Positions 9,966 through 19,865 of a stretch of DNA of 64,000 nucleotides are shown one piece after another. Numbering within the stretch: position 1 is the stretch's first letter; the number at the start of each line of letters is the position of its first letter. The notes beneath the pieces were generated by a model. That model searched no databases, was not told the origin of the DNA, and saw nothing but the letters and a program-made list of their open reading frames with translations. The position numbers and the translations under genes were made by a program. The stretch spans positions 128,001-192,000 of the forward strand of contig CAWDPO010000015.1 in the NCBI GenBank assembly GCA_963804165.1, written 5' to 3'. This DNA is from an uncultured delta proteobacterium. GTDB taxonomy: Bacteria; Desulfobacterota; Binatia; UBA9968.

Positions 9966-10448
9966 TCAATCTAGGTATTTCCACTGGCTGAATGTGGCGG
10001 CCTGGCCGTAAGGGGCGCCGCGGTCGTCGATTAAGTTCCACACGCTTGCCTGCTCGATCAGAAAATGCCGGCCGGTTTTAGAAATTCGCACCCCGCGGTA
10101 ATTGTCGATATACCCTTGTCGGCTCACAGTCGCGAGCAAACAAGCCCGCTCTTGTTGGTGCGTCGGTTCAGCGGTAAGGCGCGACGGAAATGTCGTTAAT
10201 TCGTTCCAATTGAGCTCGAAAAGATCCAACCCCGCCTGGTTCGCGTAGTTGAGCAGCGGGTCGGACCCGGTATCGTGCGATAACACGACGAACGGCGAAT
10301 AATATAACTTGCGTGCTTGTTCGGCGGACGGCAAATCCGGTTGAACCAGATTTTTGCCCGTCCAATGGCGGTAGCTCTCGAGCAATCGAGTAACATGGTC
10401 TTTAAGGTATTGGTTTACTTCTCCCGGCTCGTTCCAGCTTGTCGTCAC
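9966..10448 (-). CDS. MEKHLA domain protein
   Basis: APFVVLSH-like SPFVVLSH, DPLLNYAN, PSRLTAE, YRGVRISKTG, GQAATF. Confidence 0.88.
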   Translation of the reverse strand: MTTSWNEPGEVNQYLKDHVTRLLESYRHWTGKNLVQPDLPSAEQARKLYYSPFVVLSHDTGSDPLLNYANQAGLDLFELNWNELTTFPSRLTAEPTHQQERACLLATVSRQGYIDNYRGVRISKTGRHFLIEQASVWNLIDDRGAPYGQAATFSQWKYLD

Positions 10449-10604
10449 AGTTTCTCCACATTAAAGCCATAGGGCAGTTACTCACGGCGAACCAAACAGC
10501 TCCGATTTTTGTCCCGCTGGTCTTGAATGCATTCTCCCCGGGATTCCCGCCTAGTGCCTCGCGGATAGAATTGACGCTTTGTTCGCTTTGGCGAGGCGCT
10601 CCGA

Positions 10605-11666
10605 CTATGGGTTCAGACTGAGCAGTTTACGTTGCGATTCGTCCGCTGGCGCCGGCCACACACCATTTTCCTTATAAAACTGTATGGCCGCCGCATGGTA
10701 TGGAATTGTCGCATCGCTATCGACGGCCCGCTGCCGGGTCCAATCCTTGAAGCTCGGGTGCAGCGGAGGAAGCTTGTCCATGTTGCCCCAAATATTTTTG
10801 AGGACCATGTGAATCACCCGGTCGACGGCTCCCTTGTGGCTGGTTAAATAGATGTCATACGCGTTGACGCAAGTGTCTTCGACGATGGCCGTCGCTTGGC
10901 CGCGCTTAAGCCATTGCGGATAGTAGCCGGGCACGGCGGCGCGCAAACGCTTTTCGCCTTGCGCCGAGCAATCGAGTGAAAGATGGCGCACCCCGATGGC
11001 CGCGTCTGCTTCCTTCACCTTGGCGGAGTCGATGGCGTGCAAACCCACGTCGGCGCGCCCTTGCACCAGCGCGTCGACTCCTTCGTTCGCGCCCGGTACT
11101 GGAACGATCTTGACGTCTTCCCATTTCATTCCGGCGCCGGCCAAAAAACCGAAAAGGTTGTACCAATTCGCGAGCTGCGCCGGATATTCCCCGGTCAGTC
11201 TTTTGCCGCGGATATCGTGAATCGTCTTCATCGTCGAATCCCTGCGCACGAGCAGCGCCGTCATCAGAACCGACCCTCGCATGACCAGGCGCACGTTCGG
11301 CGTGTGTTGAAACGGGTTGCGACCGCCGATCTTCAGTCGCTCCGGCCCCTGATAGGAAAGCGCCATGTCGACGGCATTGTTAATGCCGAAATCGATCTCA
11401 CCCGTATTCAGGAGAGGCAGGAAAGTGCTCGTTCCTGAATAAGGTTGCACGACCAACTGAAATGGCGCGCCATCGCCGGCATACTTTGCGAGGCCGCTTG
11501 CCAGTGCGTAAAAGACCGTCCCCGGCGGATTGGATCCGATCGTGAGCGAGCGCGGCAGCGATTGCGCGTTGACCGTAACCGAGGCGATGAACGCGAAACC
11601 GGATAATAGCGAACCTATGCGCAAACACTGCCGTTGCTTGAGTCGCATAGAGACCGTTCTGCCCAT
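10605..11666 (-). CDS. TAXI-family TRAP solute-binding protein
   Basis: Signal peptide, TIGSNPPGTVFY, C-terminal IPYHAAAIQFYKE. Confidence 0.85.
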   Translation of the reverse strand: MGRTVSMRLKQRQCLRIGSLLSGFAFIASVTVNAQSLPRSLTIGSNPPGTVFYALASGLAKYAGDGAPFQLVVQPYSGTSTFLPLLNTGEIDFGINNAVDMALSYQGPERLKIGGRNPFQHTPNVRLVMRGSVLMTALLVRRDSTMKTIHDIRGKRLTGEYPAQLANWYNLFGFLAGAGMKWEDVKIVPVPGANEGVDALVQGRADVGLHAIDSAKVKEADAAIGVRHLSLDCSAQGEKRLRAAVPGYYPQWLKRGQATAIVEDTCVNAYDIYLTSHKGAVDRVIHMVLKNIWGNMDKLPPLHPSFKDWTRQRAVDSDATIPYHAAAIQFYKENGVWPAPADESQRKLLSLNP

Positions 11667-11735
11667 GGGTGTTTTTAGTCCGCGTTGAAATCACCTGCGG
11701 CGTTTTTCTAACGCGCCGTGCTCAGTCGGTACTTA

Positions 11736-12746
11736 CTAACCCTCCCAACCGTACAGTCGTTTAGCGTTGTCACCGAGAAACTTTTGTTTCGACTCTGCCG
11801 TCACATCCTTGCGGTCGCGAATCGTCGAGACGACGTACGGGAACATGCCGTCCCAGTGCGGATAGTCGGACGCGAAGATAATCTTGTCATCGCCGATGCG
11901 CTCCATGACGTACGCGACAGTGCTCTCCTCGGGCTCGGCGGCGAAGAACCAGTTACCATTGGCAATGTAGTCACTCGGCTTTGCCTTGAGCAAAGGCGCT
12001 TCAGATTGTCGTTTCTCCCATTCCTCGTCCATCCGATCCATCCAGTAAGGTACCCAGCCACAGCCGCACTCGAGAAACGCGATGCGCAACTTGGGAAACC
12101 TTTCCGGCACGCCGCCGTAAATGAGCGCAGCGCAGTCGATCAAGGTCTCGAACGGGCGGGCGATGGTGTGAGCAAACAAAAAAGTATCGAAGCGAATTTC
12201 ACCGACAGGACCTTGGCGGGAATTGTGAACCAAGAGCGGTGCGTTGAGTCTTTCGAGTTCTTCGTAGATAGGCCAAAAAGTCGGCGTGCCGAGATGATCT
12301 TTGAGGCCGAATGACGCGATTGCGATACCCGCCAGGCCGAGTTTGGTGACAGCGCGGTTGATCTCCGCGACGGCAGCCGGTACGTCCTGGAACGGCGCCA
12401 GGCCGATGCCTTTTAAGCGCGGGCTTTCTTTGCAAAGATTAGCGATCCAGTCGTTGTACCCGCGACAAAAGGCGGCGGCATAGTCCTTCTCCGGACTTTG
12501 CGTGATGCCGAACGCGCTGGTGGGAAATAGTACGGAGATGTCGATTCCTTCGCGATCCATATCGCGTAGCCGCGTCGGTACGTCGTGAATGTCCATGCTG
12601 AGTTTTCCGTACATGCTGCTATCCCATTTATCCTTGGCGACGAACGGTCCTCGTCGTCGGCAATACGGTTCCTCCATAAATTTGCGAATCTCCGCGTCGC
12701 GATCCTGGACATGCCCATCGGCATCGATGACCTTGGCATTCTCCAT
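11736..12746 (-). CDS. Amidohydrolase_2 family metalloenzyme
   Basis: IDADGH, LRDMDREGID, FLECGCGW, FASDYPHWD. Confidence 0.9.
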   Translation of the reverse strand: MENAKVIDADGHVQDRDAEIRKFMEEPYCRRRGPFVAKDKWDSSMYGKLSMDIHDVPTRLRDMDREGIDISVLFPTSAFGITQSPEKDYAAAFCRGYNDWIANLCKESPRLKGIGLAPFQDVPAAVAEINRAVTKLGLAGIAIASFGLKDHLGTPTFWPIYEELERLNAPLLVHNSRQGPVGEIRFDTFLFAHTIARPFETLIDCAALIYGGVPERFPKLRIAFLECGCGWVPYWMDRMDEEWEKRQSEAPLLKAKPSDYIANGNWFFAAEPEESTVAYVMERIGDDKIIFASDYPHWDGMFPYVVSTIRDRKDVTAESKQKFLGDNAKRLYGWEG

Positions 12747-12987
12747 AATTGTTCCTTCCTCTGGTTGCCAATTCGCCCATTTAGATTTCAGAGTGGCTTG
12801 AGTGCGCGGGCGGCAACTCGTTTCCGATTACCACAGGGTGATCAATATGGTCAATTGGATTTCACTGTTCGTTTGCCGCCACTGACGCGAATATCGGGCC
12901 AGGGCAAAGATTTATTGAATTTGACGGCCAGCGTTGCGATCAGTTATTGGTGCACACACCATTCGGTAAGTCTCTAGGAGGTACGCG

Positions 12988-13992
12988 ATGATCAACAATC
13001 GATGGCTCCTCGCTTTCTGGGTTGCAGCTTGCTTCAGCCCACTGGCTTCCGCTGACGCCGCCGAGGTGCCGTCCTTACGAAAAATCCGCGTAGCGATCAC
13101 CTCGATATCCGGCTCTATGGCTCCGCCATGGGCAGCCCACGAGGCGGGTATTTTCAAAAGACACGGCTTGCAAGTGGAAGTGATCGCCACGCCAAGCGGC
13201 GTACAGGGCATGAACGCGCTCATCGCGGGAGAAATCGCCTTCGTACAAATTTCCGGCGGCACGACGACAGGCGCGGCGGTGGGCGGCGCCGACGTAAAGA
13301 TCATCGCGACGACGATCGGCACACTCGTGCTCAATTTAGTCGTGCGTCCGGAGATCGAGAAGGCCGAGCAGTTGCGCGGCAAAAACATCGGTATCAGCCG
13401 CTACGGCACTTCGCTGCATACGGGCGCGCGATTGGCCGCGAAACATTTCGGCATGGAGCCCGGAAAAGACGTGCACATCGTCGAGATCGGCGCCGGAGAA
13501 TGGATCGTCAGCGCTCTGCAGGGAGGCAGAGTGCAAGCGGCTGTGTTCGGATATCCGGCAACCAGCCGAGCGACACAACTAGGCAATCGCGTGCTGCTAC
13601 ATATGCCGAGTCTCAATATCCCCTACGCCTCGACCGGTGTTTCGACCCGCGGAGAGATCATCCGCAATGATCCGGATCTGGTGCGCCGCTACTTGTCGGC
13701 TCAGGTTGAGGCGATTGCGCTGATGAAGAAAGACCGTGCGTTTGCCATGAAGGTGCTGTCCAAGTACCTGCGCATCAATGATGCGAACTTGCTCGCGGAG
13801 TCTTATGATATACCGATCGCAAAATATATGATGAAGACTCCGCTGCCGACTGCGGATGCAGTGCGTGCGGTTTTAGAAGAACTCGAGGAAAGAAACCCCA
13901 AGGCTAAAGATCTCGACCCAAACAGATTCTTCGACGACCGCTTCGTGCGCCAATTGCAGGCGGGCGATTTTATCGAATCGCTGTACCGTTAG
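12988..13992 (+). CDS. ABC-type substrate-binding protein (NMT1/SsuA family)
   Basis: AGGAGG RBS, signal peptide, GIFKRHGLQVE, LRGKNIGISRYG. Confidence 0.88.
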   Translation: MINNRWLLAFWVAACFSPLASADAAEVPSLRKIRVAITSISGSMAPPWAAHEAGIFKRHGLQVEVIATPSGVQGMNALIAGEIAFVQISGGTTTGAAVGGADVKIIATTIGTLVLNLVVRPEIEKAEQLRGKNIGISRYGTSLHTGARLAAKHFGMEPGKDVHIVEIGAGEWIVSALQGGRVQAAVFGYPATSRATQLGNRVLLHMPSLNIPYASTGVSTRGEIIRNDPDLVRRYLSAQVEAIALMKKDRAFAMKVLSKYLRINDANLLAESYDIPIAKYMMKTPLPTADAVRAVLEELEERNPKAKDLDPNRFFDDRFVRQLQAGDFIESLYR

Positions 13993-14040
13993 AAGATCGA
14001 AGATGCGACGAAGCGCCTCGTCTACAGGAAATCGTTCGTG

Positions 14041-15765
14041 TCACAGTTCCTTCGCCGCGTTGGTGCCAGCAATAAAGCCCTGGGTCGTGCATCGTCCCAG
14101 TCCATGCTGGTTGAAGCCTCCCGCTGATTCACCGGCGCAGTACAGGCCGCGAATCGTCTGGCCGTTCATGTCCATCACCTGACACTTGCCATTGATTCTT
14201 AAGCCCGAGCGCGTGTCGTGTACGTTCGGCGTCGCCCACGCCGCATAGAATGGCGGGGTCTGTATCTTGTGTTTCGGCGCCGGTTTGCCGAAATCACTAT
14301 CCTTGCCGGCATCGACGAACGAGTTGTACCGGTCTACCACGGCCTGCAAGATCGCGCCGTTCATCGGCTTTGCCTGATACTCGTTCTTAATTGCGGCGGC
14401 GAGATCTGAAAGCGTGTTCGCGCTGAAGAAATAACCGTCTGGATCGACGTACGGCGGCGTCACCTTCCAGCCTTCCCGTTTGACCGCGTCAGCGTCGAAG
14501 ATCGCCCAGATCGGACCAGCGGAATAATCCGGCGGTTCGGAATACTCGTTCATCGCTACCGCGGCGTTGAAGAAATTATACTTGTTGGGATGGTAGTCGA
14601 TTTTCTCGTTATTGCGATAATCGTTGGGCGTGTAGGGATTGAAATCGTTGTACACATTGCCATGCGGGTAATCGCCCTTGGTTTCGTCGTAGAATCGTTT
14701 CCCGACTTGGTTGACAAGAATCAAATCGTGCCAGTCTTTTACGCTGAGTCCGGTGGAGCGCACGAGCGGGAAGATCGGACACTCCAGCTCCCAAGTCATG
14801 TAATTCCACTTCGTGGCGAGCACCCGTTGAGTTCGGATATTGTCGCCGTTTTCCAGTGTCTGGTTCACCAGCCCCCAAAGCGAAGCGCCGATCGCCATCG
14901 CTGCCAGCTCGCCGCTGGCATCCTGATAGCTGTAGGGCTCACCGGCGACGGTCAGAACCGCGGTCAATCGCGGATCGAACATGCGGCGAAAATTCAAGTT
15001 GCTCGTCATGCCGCCGGTGGCGACGATGACGGCTTTGTTCGCGCGGATTCGCATCGTCGGTTTGGTGCTGTCGATGTTGCCGTCCGAACGAAAGCTTTTT
15101 AGCGGGGTCGATTGCCCGGGCATGATTCGCGGTGTGTACTCAGCCGTGATGCCGATCACACGTCCGCTGTTCTGCCTTTCGCGGTGAAAGCTTATCATTT
15201 TGTAGTTCAATAAAAACTTAACGCCTTTGGCGCGAGCGCTGTTTTCCAACGGTCGAATCACGCCGGTTCCCGCCCGGTTATTCGGACTTTCATAACCCGG
15301 ACCTTTGGTCCAAAACGCATGATTTTCGCGCGGCGCGGAGTTGCCTAAATTATGCCCCCCTTGATTGTCCGGCGCGACTTCTTTGAACTTGACGCCGTTT
15401 TCAAGCAGAAACTCATAGGTCAACGCGCAATGATCGGCAAACGCGCGCATCACCGCGCGGTCGTTGTAACGGTAATCCGGCCAGCCGTTGGGCTGCACGA
15501 TCGTCCAGTCAGTGAGGTCCGAGAAAACCGTGTCGGGCGTATCCTGAATACCGTACTTCTTCTGCGCGCTCGTGCCGCCGCCAAGGGGCACGTTGCCGCC
15601 GCTGATAATCGCGTGGCCGCCGATATCGTAATTGGCCTCGACAACGATCACGGACGCGCCAGCGTCCGCGGCCTTAATCGCCGCCGGTAACCCGGCGGCT
15701 CCCGACCCGATAATGACGACGTCGGTCTCAAGATCCCAGCTCTGATCTGTTGCTGCTTGCGCCAT
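14041..15765 (-). CDS. FAD-binding oxidoreductase (fumarate reductase/3-ketosteroid dehydrogenase flavoprotein superfamily)
   Basis: DVVIIGSGAAG, GGHAIISGG, VIVATGG, GLYCAGE. Confidence 0.87.
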   Translation of the reverse strand: MAQAATDQSWDLETDVVIIGSGAAGLPAAIKAADAGASVIVVEANYDIGGHAIISGGNVPLGGGTSAQKKYGIQDTPDTVFSDLTDWTIVQPNGWPDYRYNDRAVMRAFADHCALTYEFLLENGVKFKEVAPDNQGGHNLGNSAPRENHAFWTKGPGYESPNNRAGTGVIRPLENSARAKGVKFLLNYKMISFHRERQNSGRVIGITAEYTPRIMPGQSTPLKSFRSDGNIDSTKPTMRIRANKAVIVATGGMTSNLNFRRMFDPRLTAVLTVAGEPYSYQDASGELAAMAIGASLWGLVNQTLENGDNIRTQRVLATKWNYMTWELECPIFPLVRSTGLSVKDWHDLILVNQVGKRFYDETKGDYPHGNVYNDFNPYTPNDYRNNEKIDYHPNKYNFFNAAVAMNEYSEPPDYSAGPIWAIFDADAVKREGWKVTPPYVDPDGYFFSANTLSDLAAAIKNEYQAKPMNGAILQAVVDRYNSFVDAGKDSDFGKPAPKHKIQTPPFYAAWATPNVHDTRSGLRINGKCQVMDMNGQTIRGLYCAGESAGGFNQHGLGRCTTQGFIAGTNAAKEL

Positions 15766-16105
15766 CGCTTTGTCCTCCGCGGAAAATTTACTTAAATCTG
15801 CAATCGATTACATCCGTGGAGAAAAAAATGCAAGCTATGAAGGAACACAACGACATGAACGTTCAGATTCTCTTAACGAAAATACGCATTGGTGTGTGTG
15901 ATCCGCCGATGTCTATACCGAGGAGAAACGTCGATGGCACGTTGGCGTGAGATCTATGAAGTGACACCCGCACGGAACAGCGGAAATTTTTATTGGGGAG
16001 ATGCGCGTGCGCTGTCGGATTTTACGTGATGGTCCCCATGACGCTCAATGCCTTTGAGATGCGCCGCCTCCTGGGGCAGAAAATGCCAGTCCAGCGCTCG
16101 TCAAC

Positions 16106-16240
16106 CTACGACTTCTTGAATTCTTCCGGTTTTGCCTCCGGATGCTTGCCGATCTGTTCGCCTTTCGGTAGATGCTCATACTTTTGTGTCACCCGACTAT
16201 CCATTGCAGCGTATTTTCGCGCCCAGTCTTCGTCGCTCAT
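16106..16240 (-). CDS. Small ORF not in the track (44 aa) or fragment of a degraded gene
   Basis: MSDEDWARKYAAMDSRVTQKYEHLPKGEQIGKHPEAKPEEFKKS after GGAGGAG; frame stays open about 24 codons upstream. Confidence 0.35.
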   Translation of the reverse strand: MSDEDWARKYAAMDSRVTQKYEHLPKGEQIGKHPEAKPEEFKKS

Positions 16241-16524
16241 CGCTAGAAACTCCTCCACGTAGAATTCCTTGATAGCTTTTTGTCTGAACGTCGCTCGCTC
16301 TTCAAGCAGCGCTCATGTCCGGCCGACATCATGTTATGATTGTGCTTCATATAGCAAACGGACAAATCCTCGGACGATCTCAGCTCAGGGCTTGCAGCGT
16401 GAGGCGATGGAAGGCCAAATGATCGGTTTTGAAAACGCTGGCGGTAGTTTCGAGAGGAATTTTGGCAGACAGTTCAGAAAAGCAAGAGGGATCGAAAGCG
16501 CGGCTTGGGAGCTAAACTGGTGGC

Positions 16525-16755
16525 TCAATCAGCCTTCAAAGGAATCTTCTCAGGGTTGTCTGGTTCGCTGAGATGCTCGGTCGGCTGGGTCCCAACCAAT
16601 GGTCTGCGACGCTGTTCGTGTTCCCTTGCTTTGAGAGCATTGAGGCGTTCGCGGAACCAAGTTTTCTCGGGCCATTGCCAGTTTTGATCAAGACTAGGAT
16701 AACTATTCGATTGTTTCATGGCGATTCTCTTGAGAAATCGAGGAGCAAGCTTCAT
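16525..16755 (-). CDS. Small hypothetical protein
   Basis: 76-aa ORF (possibly starting at MKQSNS) with charged helix WFRERLNALKAREHEQRRR. Confidence 0.45.
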   Translation of the reverse strand: MKLAPRFLKRIAMKQSNSYPSLDQNWQWPEKTWFRERLNALKAREHEQRRRPLVGTQPTEHLSEPDNPEKIPLKAD

Positions 16756-16975
16756 ACCATCCGTAAGCAGTTAATTTATTGGCACTTTGCCCAGGCTTAA
16801 AATTATTTGTTTGAACAAAAATTGTCCCTAGCGGCCAGAAATCGTTATCTGATGGGCAGTTACGTGGCGCGGGATTGATTGCTAAAACCCCATGCCTTGG
16901 CGAGTTTTTGTTGATTCCGCTTGAGTCAAACCTGGGTCGTGACGTATACGAATATCAGGGTCGAGGAGCGCTGCT

Positions 16976-17608
16976 ATGACACATTTGACGATGTTTCGTC
17001 TGACAAGCATGACACTCGCTGGCGGGATAGGGATGATTCTCTTGGCCTCGTCCCCAGGATTTCCGCAGACCGCTGGCACGACGGTCAGAGGCAAAGTCAC
17101 TTCATTTAAAGGCCAAGAATTGATCGTGAGCAGCGCTAGCGGAGACGTGAAAGCGGTCTTAACGGACAAGACCGTAATTCGCGCAGAGGTGCCGATTAAA
17201 CTTTCGGAGATCGGCTCGGGGATGTATCTCGGGACTACGGCGACCAAGCAATCTGACGGGACGTTTCTTGCCTCGGAAGTCCATGTTTTCTCGGAGGATC
17301 AGCGCGGTACCGGGGAGGGGCATCGTCCCCTAGGCTCGGCGCTACAGAGCGGCGCGACGATGACCAACGCCAATGTCGAACACGTCGAAGATGTCGCGAT
17401 AAAGGATATCAAAGGAAGGCAAATTACTCTCAAGTACAAAGGCGGCGAGGTCAAGGTTCAGGTCCCGCCGGATATCCCGCTCGTCAAACGCGTGATCAGC
17501 GACCGAAACTCACTGAAAAGCGGCGTCGAAGTCTCACTTCAAGGAACCCAAGATTCCGCCGGAGCGCTATCAGCGACCCAGATCACCGTGAGGGCGGCGG
17601 GGAAATGA
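16976..17608 (+). CDS. Exported beta-rich hypothetical protein (DUF5666-like)
   Basis: Signal-like N-terminus, VRGKV...ASEVHVF...GTGEGHRP...MTNANV pattern. Confidence 0.7.
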   Translation: MTHLTMFRLTSMTLAGGIGMILLASSPGFPQTAGTTVRGKVTSFKGQELIVSSASGDVKAVLTDKTVIRAEVPIKLSEIGSGMYLGTTATKQSDGTFLASEVHVFSEDQRGTGEGHRPLGSALQSGATMTNANVEHVEDVAIKDIKGRQITLKYKGGEVKVQVPPDIPLVKRVISDRNSLKSGVEVSLQGTQDSAGALSATQITVRAAGK

Positions 17609-17684
17609 ATCTTTAGACTGTAAGCACTCGCGTTTTAACCCTAGTTCGCTTCAGTCTCGATCAGGCAAACAGACGCCAGTTCTA

Positions 17685-18290
17685 TTACGATTTGTCAGCA
17701 TACAGCTTAACGTCGTCCAGCCGAACGGTAATTCCCCGCTGAGCGAAATAGTCGGCAATTGGTTTCAAAGACATGCCCACAGCGGCGAAATAGTCACCGC
17801 TGATCGATTCGACAAGCCTGCTCCCCTGCCCTTGGATCGAGTACGCACCGGCTTTGTCGTGGGACTCATCGCAGCAAAGATAACGCTCAATTTCAATTTC
17901 GGTATAAGGGCGCATTGTGACGGACACCTTCTCCACCGTCCGCATCCCAGGTCCGCCAAAGCCGTCAAGGATCGCCAGGCTGGTGTAAATCTCGTGCGTC
18001 TTGCCGGCCAGCGCGCGCAATATCCGCGCGGCATCGTCGCGGTCGACGGGTTTGCCGATTTTCTCGCCGTCGAGCGAAATCATCGTATCACCCCCGATCA
18101 CAAGGCTATGGGGATTTTTACTGCTTACCGAGCGCGCCTTCCCGACGGCGAATGCGAGAACTTCCTCTTCGATCGATAAATGACGGGAAACCCGTTCGTC
18201 GAATTCGGGCGCGATCACTTCAAACGGCACGCCGAGCGAGGCTAAAATCTCGCGTCGCCGCGGCGAAGTGGAAGCAAGAATCAAGCGCAT
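17685..18290 (-). CDS. maf: Maf nucleoside triphosphate pyrophosphatase
   Basis: LILASTSPRRREIL, GGDT, GKP, DKAGAYSIQG. Confidence 0.95.
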   Translation of the reverse strand: MRLILASTSPRRREILASLGVPFEVIAPEFDERVSRHLSIEEEVLAFAVGKARSVSSKNPHSLVIGGDTMISLDGEKIGKPVDRDDAARILRALAGKTHEIYTSLAILDGFGGPGMRTVEKVSVTMRPYTEIEIERYLCCDESHDKAGAYSIQGQGSRLVESISGDYFAAVGMSLKPIADYFAQRGITVRLDDVKLYADKS

Positions 18291-18302
18291 GGAATGATCG
18301 AA

Positions 18303-19481
18303 TCAGGGAGCGACGAGACTTTCCGGTAAACCGGCTTCAGGATCGGCGGCTGACGACCGGCGCGCGCTTGTACCGGGAAATGCGCAAGACATAAATTCTG
18401 TTAAACAGGCGCGCACCTCTGCGGCGCTATTTGCCCGAGTCATCCGTGCGCGCATCTCCGCCGCGCCGCGAAAATTACGGCAGTACCATGTCAAGTGCTT
18501 ACGCATAGCCATGAAGCGCGAGCGCCCGCAGAGTCGTTCAAAATGCTCGCTGTGCTCGGCGATCACGGCAAATCTTTCGTCAAGGCTGATGAGCGGATCG
18601 GTACAAAGTAATTCGCGGCCAGCGCTGAGTGCTTCCTTGACGGCATGCTTATTTCGAAAGAGCCACGGATTGCCCTGCGCGCCACGGCCGATCAGCACGC
18701 CATCGACCCCCGTATCACGAACGCGCCGAAAAGCATCGCGCAAGTCCTGTACGTCACCGTTGCCAAGAATCAGCGTGCCCGATCCTTTGGCGATTTCGAC
18801 AGCGCAAGCAATCGCGTGCCAATTCGCTTCGCCTTTGTACCCTTGCTCTAACGTGCGGCCGTGGAGGGAGATTGCCGCCGGCTCCTCTTGCAAGAGCGTC
18901 TTCAGCCAATCTTCTATCACGATCCGGTCATAGCCGAGTCGGGTTTTTACGGAGACCGGAATAAGCCGCCGTTCCAACGGTGTTGTCCAGCCGCTTCGCT
19001 GTCGATTCACCTGTCTAACTTGTTCGATCACCTCGCCACAAAAATCGAGGTTTCCCAGGGTCTGGCCACCGTGCCAGTCTCTGATCCCTCGGTGCGCAGC
19101 TCGGATAATTTCACGGGCCAGATCCGGCGCGCGTATAAGCGCCGCGCCACAGCCGCTGGCGGCAACTTTCTTTGCCGGACAGCCCATATTGATATCCAAG
19201 CCGTCGAATCCAAGCTCACAGACGACGTGCGCAACTTTATAAAAAAGCTCCGGTGTCCTGCCGTAAATCTGCGCGACCACCGGCCGCTCGACTTCAGAAT
19301 AGGTAAAATCCTTGAGCAAGGTATGTGGCGAGTAGAACGCCGATTGGATATTGACGAACTCAGTCAGGGTCACATCCGGCGCGCCGTGGTTGGCCGTGAT
19401 GAAACGGAACGACGCGTCCGTAATGCCGTCCATTGGGGAGAGCCCGATGATCGGCTTAATTATGTTCCGCCAAAAATTCAT
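18303..19481 (-). CDS. dus: tRNA-dihydrouridine synthase
   Basis: SPMDGITD, DINMGCP, VSVKTRLG, LHGRT, GNGD, GNPW. Confidence 0.93.
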   Translation of the reverse strand: MNFWRNIIKPIIGLSPMDGITDASFRFITANHGAPDVTLTEFVNIQSAFYSPHTLLKDFTYSEVERPVVAQIYGRTPELFYKVAHVVCELGFDGLDINMGCPAKKVAASGCGAALIRAPDLAREIIRAAHRGIRDWHGGQTLGNLDFCGEVIEQVRQVNRQRSGWTTPLERRLIPVSVKTRLGYDRIVIEDWLKTLLQEEPAAISLHGRTLEQGYKGEANWHAIACAVEIAKGSGTLILGNGDVQDLRDAFRRVRDTGVDGVLIGRGAQGNPWLFRNKHAVKEALSAGRELLCTDPLISLDERFAVIAEHSEHFERLCGRSRFMAMRKHLTWYCRNFRGAAEMRARMTRANSAAEVRACLTEFMSCAFPGTSARRSSAADPEAGLPESLVAP

Positions 19482-19571
19482 GCCCTTAATTCACATTATC
19501 ATCGCCGCATTCTCCTCTCAAACCAGCGGCCAGTGGAGTCCGCGGATCGACAACCTCATATCCTCGGATCG

Positions 19572-19835
19572 TCAATCGCGCCGTTTGAGAATCTCTTCCA
19601 GCTTCTTGCGGTCTTCTTCGAGGATCTTCTCTCGCGGCCGCTTGGTCGGCGCGGATTCGCTCCGATTCGATTTAGCGGCCGGCTTGAGCTGTTCATTGGC
19701 CGGCGTGAACGAGGCAGCGATTTCGCGCCAGTAGAACCAAATGGCAAACGCTATCAACCAAACAACGAGCGGAACGAACGTATAGAGAAGAAGCGTCTTG
19801 AGCCAGCTCCGCTTCTTGCGCTTTCGGGTAGCCAC
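19572..19835 (-). CDS. Small membrane-anchored hypothetical protein
   Basis: Basic N-terminus, one TM helix, C-terminal EEDRKKLEEIL. Confidence 0.7.
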   Translation of the reverse strand: MATRKRKKRSWLKTLLLYTFVPLVVWLIAFAIWFYWREIAASFTPANEQLKPAAKSNRSESAPTKRPREKILEEDRKKLEEILKRRD

Positions 19836-19865
19836 TTTCAGCGCGGATCAACTGAACGTGGAACT

